From: Mesorhizobium sp.
GTDB lineage: Bacteria > Pseudomonadota > Alphaproteobacteria > Rhizobiales > Rhizobiaceae
Reading direction: 5' to 3'
Assembly: GCA_022833215.1 (NCBI GenBank)
Contig: JAIPUZ010000106.1
Span: 7,515-71,514 of the forward strand
Length of the DNA: 64,000 nt
In this document: positions 1 to 9,416 of the stretch, one piece after another
How positions within the stretch are numbered: position 1 is the first letter of the stretch
Layout: each line of letters starts with the position of its first letter
Program-made: the position numbers and the translations under genes
The notes under the pieces: generated by a model
Told to the model about the DNA's origin: nothing
Databases searched by the model: none
The model's input: the letters and a program-made list of their open reading frames with translations, nothing else

Positions 1-1
1 C

Positions 2-745
2 CGCGATGGCGACGACTATGTCATCAACGGCCGCAAATGGTGGTCCTCGGGCGCCATGGATCCGCGCTGCCGCATCGCCATCGTCATGGGCAAGACCGAT
101 CCGTCCGAAAAGCGCCACCGGCAGCAGTCGATGATCCTTGTGCCGCTCGACACCCCCGGCGTGAAGATCGAACGCGCGCTGACCGTGTTCGGCTACGATC
201 ACGCCCCGCATGGCCATGCCGAGATCAGCTACGACAATGTGCGCGTGCCGGCCGGCAACATCCTGCTCGGCGAAGGCCGCGGTTTCGAGATCGCCCAGGG
301 CCGCCTCGGACCCGGCCGCATCCACCATTGCATGCGCACGATCGGCATCGCCGAACGCGCGCTGGAAACCATGGCCGAACGTGCCCGCTCCCGCACCGCC
401 TTCGGCCGCACGCTCCTCGAAATGGGATCGGTCCGCGAGCAGATCGCGCGCTCGCGCATCGAGATCGAGCAGACCCGCCTGCTCACCCTCAAGGCCGCCG
501 ACATGATGGACAAGGCGGGCAACAAGGTTGCGCGTCTGGAGATCGCCATGATCAAGGCGGTGGCGCCCGCCATGGCCTGCCGCGTTCTCGACCGGGCCAT
601 CCAGGTCCACGGGGCGGCCGGCGTTTCGCAGGACACCTTCCTGGCTTCCGCCTATGCGCGGGTGCGATCTCTGCGCCTCGCCGACGGTCCCGACGAGGTT
701 CACCTCGAAACCATCGCCAAGCTGGAGATCGGCAAGGGTGCCTGA
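2..745 (+). CDS. Acyl-CoA dehydrogenase (5'-partial, starts before window)
   Basis: Frame is open from base 2 ([21 protein letters not shown]). Contains [34 protein letters not shown] and [10 protein letters not shown], typical of ACAD10/11-like enzymes. Confidence 0.92.
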   Translation, partial: RDGDDYVINGRKWWSSGAMDPRCRIAIVMGKTDPSEKRHRQQSMILVPLDTPGVKIERALTVFGYDHAPHGHAEISYDNVRVPAGNILLGEGRGFEIAQGRLGPGRIHHCMRTIGIAERALETMAERARSRTAFGRTLLEMGSVREQIARSRIEIEQTRLLTLKAADMMDKAGNKVARLEIAMIKAVAPAMACRVLDRAIQVHGAAGVSQDTFLASAYARVRSLRLADGPDEVHLETIAKLEIGKGA

Positions 746-794
746 CGTCCGTCGCACAACTGCTCCCATTGAAGCGACACGTTCAGGACCAGAC

Positions 795-2483
795 ATGGCA
801 CACATCACCCCTCCGCGAGACAGTGCGCATGCAAGCTGGCTGCGCCACTGGCCGCCCGGCCTGCCGCTCGATCTGCATGTCCCCGCGACCACCGTGCACG
901 ACAATCTGGAAGTGTCGGCGCGGCGCTACCCGGACCTCGACTGCCTGATCTTCTGCGGCACCCGTCTCACCTACGCCGAGGTCCGGCAAAACGTTGAGAG
1001 CCTCGCCGGCTTTCTTCAGAAGCGCCTTGGCCTGGCGCGCGGCGAGCGGGTGCTTCTGTGCCTGCAGAACAGTCCGCAATTCGTGATCGGCTACTACGGC
1101 ATCCTGCGCTCCGATGCCGTGGTGGTGCCGGTCAATCCGATGAGCAAGGCGTTCGAGATCGAGCATCTTGCCCGCGATACCGGCGCCCGCATCGCCGTGG
1201 TCGCCCGCGATATGGTGCCGGTGATCGGGCCGCTCGTGGAGGCGGGGTTGATCGAACGCATCCTTGTCGCCGACTATGCCGACCATGTCGCCCCGGATTT
1301 CGATCTGCCGCTGCCTTTTGCGGCGAGGCCGGACCAGACGCCGCTTCCCGATCGCATGATTGCATGGGGCGACGCCCTGTCCGCCCATGAGCAGGCCGGG
1401 CCTTCCGTTGCCGGTCCGGACGATCTCGCCATCCTGCCCTACACCTCGGGCACCACCGGCAATCCCAAGGGATGCATGCACACGCACCGCACGGTGATGA
1501 TCACGCTGGTGGGCGGGGAAAGCTGGGTGCACGCGGCCGCCGGCGCGGTGAACCTGGCCACGCTGCCCTTCTTCCATGTCACCGGCATGCAGAACTCGAT
1601 GAACATCCCCATCTATGCCGCCTGCACGCTGGTCATCATGCCGAGATGGGACCGCCGCACCGCGGCCGAGCTGGTGCGCCGCCACAAGGTCGAGCGCTGG
1701 CGCATGATCGCCACCATGGCCATCGATCTGGTCAACGACCCCGATTTCGACAGCTATGACCTTTCCAGCCTGCAATATATCGGCGGCGGCGGCGCGCCGA
1801 TGCCCGAGCCCGTGGCAGCCCGGCTGCGCGAAAAGACCGGCCTTGCCTATATCGAAGGCTATGGCTTGTCGGAGGCCATGGCCGCCACCCATATCAACCC
1901 GACCCACCGCCCCAAGCCGCGCTGTCTGGGCATTCCGGTGTGGGGCGTGGACTGCCGCATCCTCGACGTGGACACGGGCACGTTCCTCGCCGACGGCGAG
2001 GTCGGCGAAATCGTCATGGACGCGCCGCAGGTCTTCAAGGGCTACTGGCAGAATCCGGAGGCCACGGAAGCCGCCTTCATCGACATCTCGGGAAAGCGTT
2101 TCTTCCGCAGCGGCGACATCGGCTATCGCGACGAAGACGGCTATTTCTTCATCGTCGATCGTTCCAAGCGCATGATCAACGCCGCCGGCTTCAAGGTCTG
2201 GCCTTCCGAGGTCGAAGCCCTCATGCTGCGTCATCCGGCCATTGCCGAAGCCTGCATCGTCTCCGTGCCGGACGAAAGGCGCGGCGAAGGCGTCAAGGCG
2301 CTGGTCGTGGCGCGCGGCGACAGGCAGACACTGTCGGCGCAGGAGCTCTCCGACTGGTGCCATGCCAACATGGCAAGCTACAAATGCCCCCGGCATTTTG
2401 AATTCATCGATGCCTTGCCACGCTCCTCCACCGGAAAGGTCCTGTGGCGCGAGTTGCAGGCGCGTGAATGGGAAGGCCGATGA
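795..2483 (+). CDS. Long-chain fatty-acid--CoA ligase (AMP-binding family)
   Basis: AMP-binding motifs YTSGTTGNPKG, YIEGYGLSE, RSGDIGY and STGKVLWR. ATG 795 chosen over ORF-track start 654, which overlaps the upstream gene. Confidence 0.92.
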   Translation: MAHITPPRDSAHASWLRHWPPGLPLDLHVPATTVHDNLEVSARRYPDLDCLIFCGTRLTYAEVRQNVESLAGFLQKRLGLARGERVLLCLQNSPQFVIGYYGILRSDAVVVPVNPMSKAFEIEHLARDTGARIAVVARDMVPVIGPLVEAGLIERILVADYADHVAPDFDLPLPFAARPDQTPLPDRMIAWGDALSAHEQAGPSVAGPDDLAILPYTSGTTGNPKGCMHTHRTVMITLVGGESWVHAAAGAVNLATLPFFHVTGMQNSMNIPIYAACTLVIMPRWDRRTAAELVRRHKVERWRMIATMAIDLVNDPDFDSYDLSSLQYIGGGGAPMPEPVAARLREKTGLAYIEGYGLSEAMAATHINPTHRPKPRCLGIPVWGVDCRILDVDTGTFLADGEVGEIVMDAPQVFKGYWQNPEATEAAFIDISGKRFFRSGDIGYRDEDGYFFIVDRSKRMINAAGFKVWPSEVEALMLRHPAIAEACIVSVPDERRGEGVKALVVARGDRQTLSAQELSDWCHANMASYKCPRHFEFIDALPRSSTGKVLWRELQAREWEGR

Positions 2484-2574
2484 GGCCGGGCCCGGAACGA
2501 CAGCCCTCCTTGAAAGACGCCGTCCTTCATGGGAAATGCAATGTTCCGGGCCGGCGTTCCTTTGCCGGGCTGCG

Positions 2575-3384
2575 ATGAAACCGATGGTGCGGATGAACGA
2601 CAAGGGACAAAAACCGGAAAGGTCCGTGGCCACCTCGCTGCGCAAGGCCCTGGCGATCCTCGAGCAGGTGGGCGACGCGGACGGCCCGTTGACCGGCCAG
2701 CAGCTCGCCGTTCAGGTCGGCCTTTCCCGCTCGACCGCATCGCGGCTTGCGCTGGACCTGTGCGAACTCGGCTATCTCTCACCGCTTTCCAACGGGCATG
2801 GCTTCGAGCTCGGGCCGGCGGCGCTCAGGCTCGGCCTGCGCAAGTTCTCCAGCCTAGACATACGCCGGTCGGCCGCGCCTTTCATGCGAACGATCAGCGA
2901 CGACACCGGCCTGATGGTGGATCTCGCCCTCGCGCATGGCGACGAGATGCTCTATTTCGAGGTGTCGCGCAAAAGCGGCTCCGTGGTGCTGGCGACCGAA
3001 CTCGGCAGCCGCATGCCCATCGAGAAGACCGCCGGCGGCCATGCGGCCATATCGGCTTTCATGCCGGTCGAGCGCGAGCAGGTGTTCACCCGGCTGAAGG
3101 CGAAATACGGCGCGGAATGGCCTCAGGTCGAAGCGCGGATAAACCGTTCTCTGGACGAGATCGCGACGCATGGCTTCTGCACCGCCATCGGCACATGGCG
3201 ACCGGACGTTTCGGCCGTCGGGCTCCCTTTCATCGACCCGAGAACCGGACGTGTGTTCAGCTTCAGTTGCTCCGGCATCGGCTACACGATAGAGGAGAAG
3301 CGTCTCCGTACGGAGATCGGTCCGCGTATGGTCGAACTGGTCCACAATGTCGCTGCGGCCATGGGAACCTCTCCCATCCCCTGA
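2575..3384 (+). CDS. IclR-family transcriptional regulator
   Basis: N-terminal HTH (SLRKALAILEQV...GLSRSTASRLALDL) plus IclR effector domain (GFC...W..DVSAVG). Start could be 2575, 2584 or 2593. Confidence 0.88.
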   Translation: MKPMVRMNDKGQKPERSVATSLRKALAILEQVGDADGPLTGQQLAVQVGLSRSTASRLALDLCELGYLSPLSNGHGFELGPAALRLGLRKFSSLDIRRSAAPFMRTISDDTGLMVDLALAHGDEMLYFEVSRKSGSVVLATELGSRMPIEKTAGGHAAISAFMPVEREQVFTRLKAKYGAEWPQVEARINRSLDEIATHGFCTAIGTWRPDVSAVGLPFIDPRTGRVFSFSCSGIGYTIEEKRLRTEIGPRMVELVHNVAAAMGTSPIP

Positions 3385-3417
3385 AGCGTGCGTGGCCAGA
3401 TACCCGGCATCGCACCG

Positions 3418-3431
3418 TTTCGGCTCCGAAA
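3418..3431. promoter_or_regulatory. Inverted repeat TTTCGG-CT-CCGAAA, candidate IclR operator
   Basis: Perfect 6-bp arms, located between the two IclR genes about 45 bp upstream of the second. Function inferred only. Confidence 0.25.
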
Positions 3432-3476
3432 TGACAGCCGTGCGCAGTCGTCGGGAGCTTTCAGGGGAGAGCGCGG

Positions 3477-4304
3477 TTGAAGAAGCGGACGAAACAGCCA
3501 GACAGCGAAACAGCCCTGGAGACGGTGCATCCCGCGTCCGGGGATCGCCAGTTCGTGACTGCCTTGCAACGCGGCCTCGACATTCTGCGCGCCTTTCGCC
3601 CGGCTGACACAGCACTCGGCAATCAGGAACTGGCGGAGCGTTCCGGGCTGCCCAATTCCACCGTCTCGCGGCTCACCTACACCCTGTCGAAGCTTGGCTA
3701 CCTCGTCTATCTGGAAGAAATCGGCAAGTACCGCATGGGCGTGCCGGTGCTGGGCCTCGGCTATGCATGCCTGAGCGGCCTGAAGGTGCGCGAGGTGGCG
3801 CAGCCCTATCTGGACGCCCTTGCCGAGCACGCCGGCAACGGCATCCTTGTCGCCATGGGCGGACGCGATGAGTTCAGCATGATCTACGTTGCATGCGCCC
3901 GTTCGCCCGGTGTCGTGTCGTTGCAGCTCAATGTCGGCTCCCGCATCTCGCTGGCCCGTTCCAGCATGGGCCGCGCCTATCTGGCGGCCGCTCCCGCCCG
4001 GGAAAGGGAAACGCTGCTTCGCGGCATCGAGGCGCGAACCGACAAGGCGCGCTGGCCCCAGCTGCACGAGGAAATCCTGCGCGCCATCGAGGAAATCGAG
4101 ACCCGCGGCTTCTGCCTCAATTCCGGGGAATGGCATGCGGACGTCAACTCCGTCGGCGTACCGCTCGTGCCGCTGCATGGAGGTGGCCCCGTCCTCGCGC
4201 TGAACTGCGGCGGCCCCGCCTACCTGCTGCCACGCGAACGGCTTGAAAACGATCTCGGACCGCGCATGGCGGAGATGGTGAAGAAGATACGCTATTCCGG
4301 TTAG
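3477..4304 (+). CDS. IclR-family transcriptional regulator (PcaR/PobR-like)
   Basis: FVTALQRGLDILRAF...LAERSGLPNSTVSRLTYTL; SSMGRAYLA; GEWHADVNSVG. TTG start preceded by GGGGAG. Confidence 0.92.
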   Translation: MKKRTKQPDSETALETVHPASGDRQFVTALQRGLDILRAFRPADTALGNQELAERSGLPNSTVSRLTYTLSKLGYLVYLEEIGKYRMGVPVLGLGYACLSGLKVREVAQPYLDALAEHAGNGILVAMGGRDEFSMIYVACARSPGVVSLQLNVGSRISLARSSMGRAYLAAAPARERETLLRGIEARTDKARWPQLHEEILRAIEEIETRGFCLNSGEWHADVNSVGVPLVPLHGGGPVLALNCGGPAYLLPRERLENDLGPRMAEMVKKIRYSG

Positions 4305-4407
4305 AGCATCTTGCAGTCAGACGGAATCGTCTGACGTCGCATAAATGCGGATAAGAAAGAGACTGGAGCAGTGGAAGCAGCGTTCGTCAGAACGTCCGCT
4401 GCTCTAA
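4301..4407. repeat. Palindromic mosaic element, family A copy 1 (RIME/Bru-RS-like)
   Basis: Terminal inverted repeat TTAGAGCA...TGCTCTAA, internal hairpin GTCAGACG-GAAT-CGTCTGAC and a right-hand hairpin. The left half recurs at 23179 and 27852. Supplies the TAG stop of the IclR gene. Confidence 0.85.
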
Positions 4408-4510
4408 GCATGTCGCCCGAAAGTGGGAACTGGTTTCGGGATCACGACATGCGTAAAAACAACAGCTTAAAGCGTAAGGAGCGAATCTGAAAGATCTCGA
4501 CACGCTTTAG
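4404..4510. repeat. Palindromic mosaic element, family B copy 1
   Basis: GCATGTCGCCCGAAAGTGGGAACTGGTTTCGG...GCGAATCTGAAAGATCTCGACACGCTTTAG. Recurs inverted at 13112-13211 and degenerate at 55011-55112. Supplies the TAA stop of the AI-2E gene. Confidence 0.85.
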
Positions 4511-5562
4511 ACCGAATCTGCGGCCGCGGCTTTTTCCGCATTACCGAGGCCGAACAGTTCGGAAATCCATCGGCTTGACGGATGCTGGCTGCAGAAGGTC
4601 AGCACCGCGATCATGATGGGAACGCCGATGAAGGCGCCGAAGATTCCCCACAAATGCCCCCACAGGAAAACGGAAAACAGCACCACCACGGGAGACATGG
4701 ACAGCGCACTGCCCGAAACGCGCGGTTCGATATAGCTGCCCACGATGAACTGGATGAAATTCAGCCCGATGAAAATCGCCAGCACCCCCTCCCACGTGCC
4801 GAACTGGACAAGGGCAAGAAGCGTCGGCAGCAGCGTCGCGACAAAGGGACCGATGAAGGGAATGTAGTTGAGCGCGAAGGCGATGAAACCCCATTCCTCG
4901 GCCAGCGAAAGGCCGACGACCCGCGCAAAGGCCCAGACCAGCAGACCCGTTGCCAGGCTCATGGCCGTACGGATCACCATATAGCGCCGGATCTTGACCG
5001 CCGTCTGCTGACACCCTTCGAGCAGCACCCGGCTTGCAATCCTGTTGCGCATTGCCCTGATGCGGTTGCCGAAATCCTCGACTTCCATCAGCCCCAGCAG
5101 GACATAGACGAGCGCGATCAGCCAGAAGCTGAAGATGCCGTTGAGCCGGCTGCTGACGGTCTGCACCGTGCGCAGGATCCAGCTCACGCCGAAATTCTCC
5201 GGCCAGACCGTGGCGGAGGCGATGCCCTGCTCTTCCAGCCAGCGACGGGCCTGCTCGTAGAGCTGCTGGAAATGCGCCGCATCGGCGATGATCCACCGCC
5301 CCACCTGCCCGAAAGCCCAGGCGATGAGCCAGCCGAAGGCCAGCAGTGTGAGCATCACGATCAGGAAGCTGATGGCCAGCGCCACATAGTGCGGCATAAG
5401 CTCCTGCAACCGGCGCTGCACGGGCCACACGAGGGCGATGACAAAGAGCGCAAGAGCGATCGGTGCGAAAACCGTATCCGCCACGGAAAGCACCGCGACA
5501 AACAGCAAAGTCGCAATGATGATCAGCGTGGCTGGAATAAGTTTGTTCCGGGCGGCGAACAT
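4507..5562 (-). CDS. AI-2E family transporter
   Basis: Multi-TM protein with EWGFIAFALNYIPFIGPFVA, IEPRVSGSALSMSP and WGIFGAFIGVP motifs. Confidence 0.9.
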   Translation of the reverse strand: MFAARNKLIPATLIIIATLLFVAVLSVADTVFAPIALALFVIALVWPVQRRLQELMPHYVALAISFLIVMLTLLAFGWLIAWAFGQVGRWIIADAAHFQQLYEQARRWLEEQGIASATVWPENFGVSWILRTVQTVSSRLNGIFSFWLIALVYVLLGLMEVEDFGNRIRAMRNRIASRVLLEGCQQTAVKIRRYMVIRTAMSLATGLLVWAFARVVGLSLAEEWGFIAFALNYIPFIGPFVATLLPTLLALVQFGTWEGVLAIFIGLNFIQFIVGSYIEPRVSGSALSMSPVVVLFSVFLWGHLWGIFGAFIGVPIMIAVLTFCSQHPSSRWISELFGLGNAEKAAAADSV

Positions 5563-5635
5563 GCCGGTTTGTCCTCAGAGCGTTCAATTCTGTTCTGTAA
5601 GCCAATGCCGGGCTGGCACCCGCCCCGCCCCTCGC

Positions 5636-7159
5636 TCACGACGCCGGCTTTTGCGTGCCGGCATCCATCCATTGATAGTAGAAACGATACGTATCTCCCG
5701 GTGCGCCGTAGTGATAGGGCACGTCGACATGCCGGACCAGCCCTTCGGGGCGGGAGTCGGACAGGTTCCGCTCGATGAAACGCGCGACGTTCCCCGGCAT
5801 TTCCGGTGAGATCGCAAGATCGACCTTCCTGCCGCTCCGCCAGATCACGAGGATCGGCCGATCTGCAGCGATGTCCGGGAAGAACTGCTGGCCTGCGGGC
5901 GCCAATATCGGAACCCCCGATACGTGAAGGCGGATTGTTCCGGCAAGTTGCCCGTCGCCCGCCACAATCGCGGCCGGCGGAACCGGCGCCTCGGCCATCA
6001 GCTGATTTATCATCGGGCCGTAAGGCACGTTGAGCTTCTGGTAATTTCCCGTCCAGCCCGCCGTGACGATCCGCAAGCCGAGGACGGAGGGAATGATCAC
6101 CATGATCGCCAGCGCGATGCCGAGCAATATTCTGAACGGCTTGCTTGTGTCTGCCCCGGCTTCCTCCAGTTTCAGGCACAGATAGAGCGGCAAGGGCATG
6201 ACGAGCGGTATCAGCCACCTGTCGCGAATTTCGGACACCCCGAAAAACACGACGAGGCTTACCAGCGCCAGAAACGCCACGATCCACGTCCGCTCGATCA
6301 GCCGCGTCCAGATGTTGCCGGTGCGCAGGCCCGTGAACATCTGCCTGCCGAACACAGCGGCAAAGATCAGCAGGATCAGGCACGATACGCCGATCAAAGC
6401 TTCCGTCAGGGAATACAACCCGAGGAGAATTTGATGAACCGTTCCGGATCCCGAATTGTCGGTCAGCTTCTCAAGGGTCCGGGATGTCGCCTGGTCCAGA
6501 TTTTCCAGGAACCAGACCGCGTGTGGAACGACGATGAGCAGGGTGGCCAGGGCCGCCAGAAGGATGCGCCGGTCGAAAATACGGCGACGCAACCCGTCGT
6601 CCCATAGCGCCGCGAGAAACACCGAGCCCGGCAGAAGCAGAAAATTGTATTTCGAGATGGCGCCGATGCCGATGGCCAGCCCCATGAGCAGGTAGGAGAA
6701 CCCGGTGGGCCGCTCCACCGTCCGGAAAAGCCCGTACAGGAACAGGGATGAACTGAATATCACCGCCACCGTATGCGTAAGGTCGCGCTGTGCGCCATAG
6801 CCGATCTGGGAGATCATGAACAGGCCGAGCGAAGCGACGACAGCCAGACGCTTGTCCCGAAGAACTCCGAAGGCGGTCAGCCCCATGAGCAGATAGGAAG
6901 CGAACAGCATTCCGTTCTTGAGCAGCGAGAGCGAAAGAACGGATGCTCCAAGGATGGCATTGGCCCCGTATTGCAGCCAGTTGTACAGCGGCGGCTGGTT
7001 GCTGTAGCCGAGAGCCAGCCATTGCGAGATGAACATCTGCTCCGCCTCGTCGAGCTCAAGCGATGCCGGCAGCAGGACCCTCAAGACGACGTTGAGAGCG
7101 AAAAAGGCGAACAGCAGGACAAAGACGAAATGCGGCCGCCGCTCCAGCAGGTCGCTCAC
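5636..7159 (-). CDS. GT-C (ArnT/PMT-2-like) glycosyltransferase, RgtA/RgtB-like LPS galacturonosyltransferase
   Basis: LELDEAEQ..SQWLALGY..QPPLYNWLQY, QRDLTHT and SKYNF motifs resemble Rhizobium RgtA/B. GTGA overlap with the upstream GT2 gene. Confidence 0.8.
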   Translation of the reverse strand: MSDLLERRPHFVFVLLFAFFALNVVLRVLLPASLELDEAEQMFISQWLALGYSNQPPLYNWLQYGANAILGASVLSLSLLKNGMLFASYLLMGLTAFGVLRDKRLAVVASLGLFMISQIGYGAQRDLTHTVAVIFSSSLFLYGLFRTVERPTGFSYLLMGLAIGIGAISKYNFLLLPGSVFLAALWDDGLRRRIFDRRILLAALATLLIVVPHAVWFLENLDQATSRTLEKLTDNSGSGTVHQILLGLYSLTEALIGVSCLILLIFAAVFGRQMFTGLRTGNIWTRLIERTWIVAFLALVSLVVFFGVSEIRDRWLIPLVMPLPLYLCLKLEEAGADTSKPFRILLGIALAIMVIIPSVLGLRIVTAGWTGNYQKLNVPYGPMINQLMAEAPVPPAAIVAGDGQLAGTIRLHVSGVPILAPAGQQFFPDIAADRPILVIWRSGRKVDLAISPEMPGNVARFIERNLSDSRPEGLVRHVDVPYHYGAPGDTYRFYYQWMDAGTQKPAS

Positions 7160-8169
7160 CCGGCTTCTCCCGGCCGCACCACCTGCCTCACGATATAGCC
7201 CGGCGTGTCGCTGCCCTGGAAATAGGTCCGGGCGATCATCTCAGCCAGTATGCCCATGGTGATCATCTGCAGCGACGACAGGAACATCATGACGCCGACC
7301 AGCAGCAGCGGGCGGGTGCCGATGTCGTTGCCCATGACGAACTTGTCGATGCCGAGATAGAAGAAGATGAGTGCGCTGATGACGCCCGCAACCAGCCCGA
7401 TCGAACCGAAGAAGTGGCCGGGCCGGGCCTTGTATCGCATGAAGAACATCACCGACAGCAGGTCGAGAATGACGCGGAAGGTTCGCGAGATTCCGTATTT
7501 GGATACGCCGTGCTGGCGTGCATGGTGACGGACCGGCATTTCCCCGATACGCGAACTCGGCACCACGCCCGCCACCCAGGCTGGAATGAAACGGTGCATC
7601 TCGCCCATCAGCTGAACCTGCTTGATGATCGAGGCGCGATATATCTTCAGGCTGCAACCGTAGTCGTGAAGCCGCACGCCGGTCACGCGCCCGATAAGAC
7701 GATTGGCAATCCACGAGGGAACCTTGCGCAGGACGAGGCCGTCCTGCCGGTTCTTGCGCCACCCCACGAGAAGATCGAGGTCCCGTTCCTCCAGGGCCCG
7801 GACCATGTCCGGGATATCTTCGGGATCGTTCTGGAGATCTCCGTCCATGGTGGCGATCAGGCGGCCGCTGGCGAAATCGAGCCCGGCCTGCATGGCTGCC
7901 GTCTGTCCGAAATTGCGTTGCAATTCCACGATCTTCAAAGGCAGGTTACCGGCCGCGGGGTGTGTTCTGGCCTTGAGCACGGTGGCGTCCGAACTGCCGT
8001 CGTCGACAAGGATGAGCTCCCACGGCGCAGCATAGCCCGCCATGGCCTGCCCGATCCGCTCCAGCAGGAAGCCGACGCTCTCCTCCTCGTTGAACAGCGG
8101 GACGATGATGGACAGTTCGAACGCATATGAATTGACCGCGTCCCCGGCATTGACAGTTGTCCGAGACAA
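7156..8169 (-). CDS. rgtE: GT2 polyprenyl-phosphate sugar synthase, RgtE-like (polyprenyl-P-galacturonate synthase)
   Basis: ELILVDDGSSD, LQRNFGQTAAMQAG, MDGDLQNDP, LHDYGCSLKIYR, GEMHRFIPAWVAGVVPSSRIGEM and YKARPGHFFGS, plus two C-terminal TMs. Closely matches my recollection of Rhizobium RgtE. Confidence 0.8.
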   Translation of the reverse strand: MSRTTVNAGDAVNSYAFELSIIVPLFNEEESVGFLLERIGQAMAGYAAPWELILVDDGSSDATVLKARTHPAAGNLPLKIVELQRNFGQTAAMQAGLDFASGRLIATMDGDLQNDPEDIPDMVRALEERDLDLLVGWRKNRQDGLVLRKVPSWIANRLIGRVTGVRLHDYGCSLKIYRASIIKQVQLMGEMHRFIPAWVAGVVPSSRIGEMPVRHHARQHGVSKYGISRTFRVILDLLSVMFFMRYKARPGHFFGSIGLVAGVISALIFFYLGIDKFVMGNDIGTRPLLLVGVMMFLSSLQMITMGILAEMIARTYFQGSDTPGYIVRQVVRPGEAG

Positions 8170-8232
8170 GTATTGCTCCTAATTGTCGGGGCCTTCGGGC
8201 TTCAAGGCGCCTACTACATGATAGTTTTCCGG

Positions 8233-9174
8233 ATGGCTATGAAACAATGGGTTGCGCGTCATCGTGCGGCACTTTTATCCGCAACGGTCGTGTCCGCCTA
8301 TCTGATATTCCTTCAATGGATGTTCGGGTGGAATACGATCCTGTCGCAATGGAAGGACGTGGGAGCATGGGCCATCGTCCTCGCCATATGCCTGATGATG
8401 GGAAGCTATTTGCTGCGCGCCTGGCGCATTCATGACTATTTCCCGGCCGAGACCGGAGGCCATTTCGGACGCCTCTTCCGGCTGACGCAGATTCACAATC
8501 TGCTCAATATCATGCTGCCGTTCCGCAGCGGAGAAATCGGATTTCCGGTGCTGATGCGGGCGGAATTCGGCGTTTCCATTGCGCGATCCACTTCCGCCCT
8601 GCTGGTGATGCGGCTGCTCGACCTGCATGCCTTGCTGGCCGCCGGTGGCGTGGGCGTCGTGCTTGCTTTCGCTCACGGCCCGCTGGGCTGGATCGGCTGG
8701 TTCATCTTTCTGTTCCTGCCCGCGGCCGGCTTTGCCTTCAGACGCCGCGCCATCGAGCTGGCCCGCGCCTGCGCGCCGCAGCGGGCACGGCATCTTGTTT
8801 CCGAACTGGAGGCGGGCCTGCCTGAAAATGCGAGCCGTTTTCTGCGCGCCTGGTGGATGACCCTGCTCAACTGGTTCGCGAAGCTGGCGATGCTCGCCGC
8901 CATTCTGGTGATGCTGGGCGTCGCCCCGCAATCAGCCGCCGTTGGAGGGGCTCTGGGAGGAGAACTGTCCTCCGTTCTGCCGTTTCATGCTCCGGCCGGG
9001 GTGGGAACCTATCCGGCCGCGATCACGGCAGGCGCGCTGGCGTTCGGTTCGCCTGCCACCTCCACCGCGCTCGAAACGCTGGGGCGCGCGGGCATCAACC
9101 TGCATCTGCTCGTAATCGTCTCCTCGCTGGCCGGAACGCTTTTTTCCCTGGTTGTGTCGAGCGATACAAAATAG
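8233..9174 (+). CDS. Lysylphosphatidylglycerol-synthase TM domain / flippase-like membrane protein
   Basis: Hydrophobic protein with NLLNIMLPFRSGE, RLLDL and PAGVGTY motifs of the LPG_synthase_TM (UPF0104) family. Start uncertain (8218-8239). Confidence 0.8.
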   Translation: MAMKQWVARHRAALLSATVVSAYLIFLQWMFGWNTILSQWKDVGAWAIVLAICLMMGSYLLRAWRIHDYFPAETGGHFGRLFRLTQIHNLLNIMLPFRSGEIGFPVLMRAEFGVSIARSTSALLVMRLLDLHALLAAGGVGVVLAFAHGPLGWIGWFIFLFLPAAGFAFRRRAIELARACAPQRARHLVSELEAGLPENASRFLRAWWMTLLNWFAKLAMLAAILVMLGVAPQSAAVGGALGGELSSVLPFHAPAGVGTYPAAITAGALAFGSPATSTALETLGRAGINLHLLVIVSSLAGTLFSLVVSSDTK

Positions 9175-9191
9175 TGAAGAGAGCCTGAGAG

Positions 9192-9416
9192 CGCTTCCTG
9201 AACCGTCACGGGATCAGCCGGCTTCCCGATGTCGAAGGCGACAAGGAGCCGAAGAAGAAGTTCAGGGCCTGCCCGATCGGCTACTTCCACATTGACATTG
9301 GCGAGGTGCAGACGGCCGAAGGCAAGCTGTATCTCTTCGTAGCGATTGACCGCACGTCCAGGTTCGCCTTCGCTGAGCTCTATGCCAAAGCCGGCAAGAT
9401 GAATGCAGCCCAGTTT
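9192..9416 (+). mobile_element. IS481-family transposase internal fragment
   Basis: Frame not in the ORF track reads RFLNRHGISRLPDVEGDKEPKKKFRACPIGYFHIDIGEVQTAEGKLYLFVAIDRTSRFAFAELYAKAGKMNAAQF, containing the first Asp of the DDE domain (HID) and the LFVAIDR motif. No start, no C-terminus, no TIRs. Confidence 0.85.
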
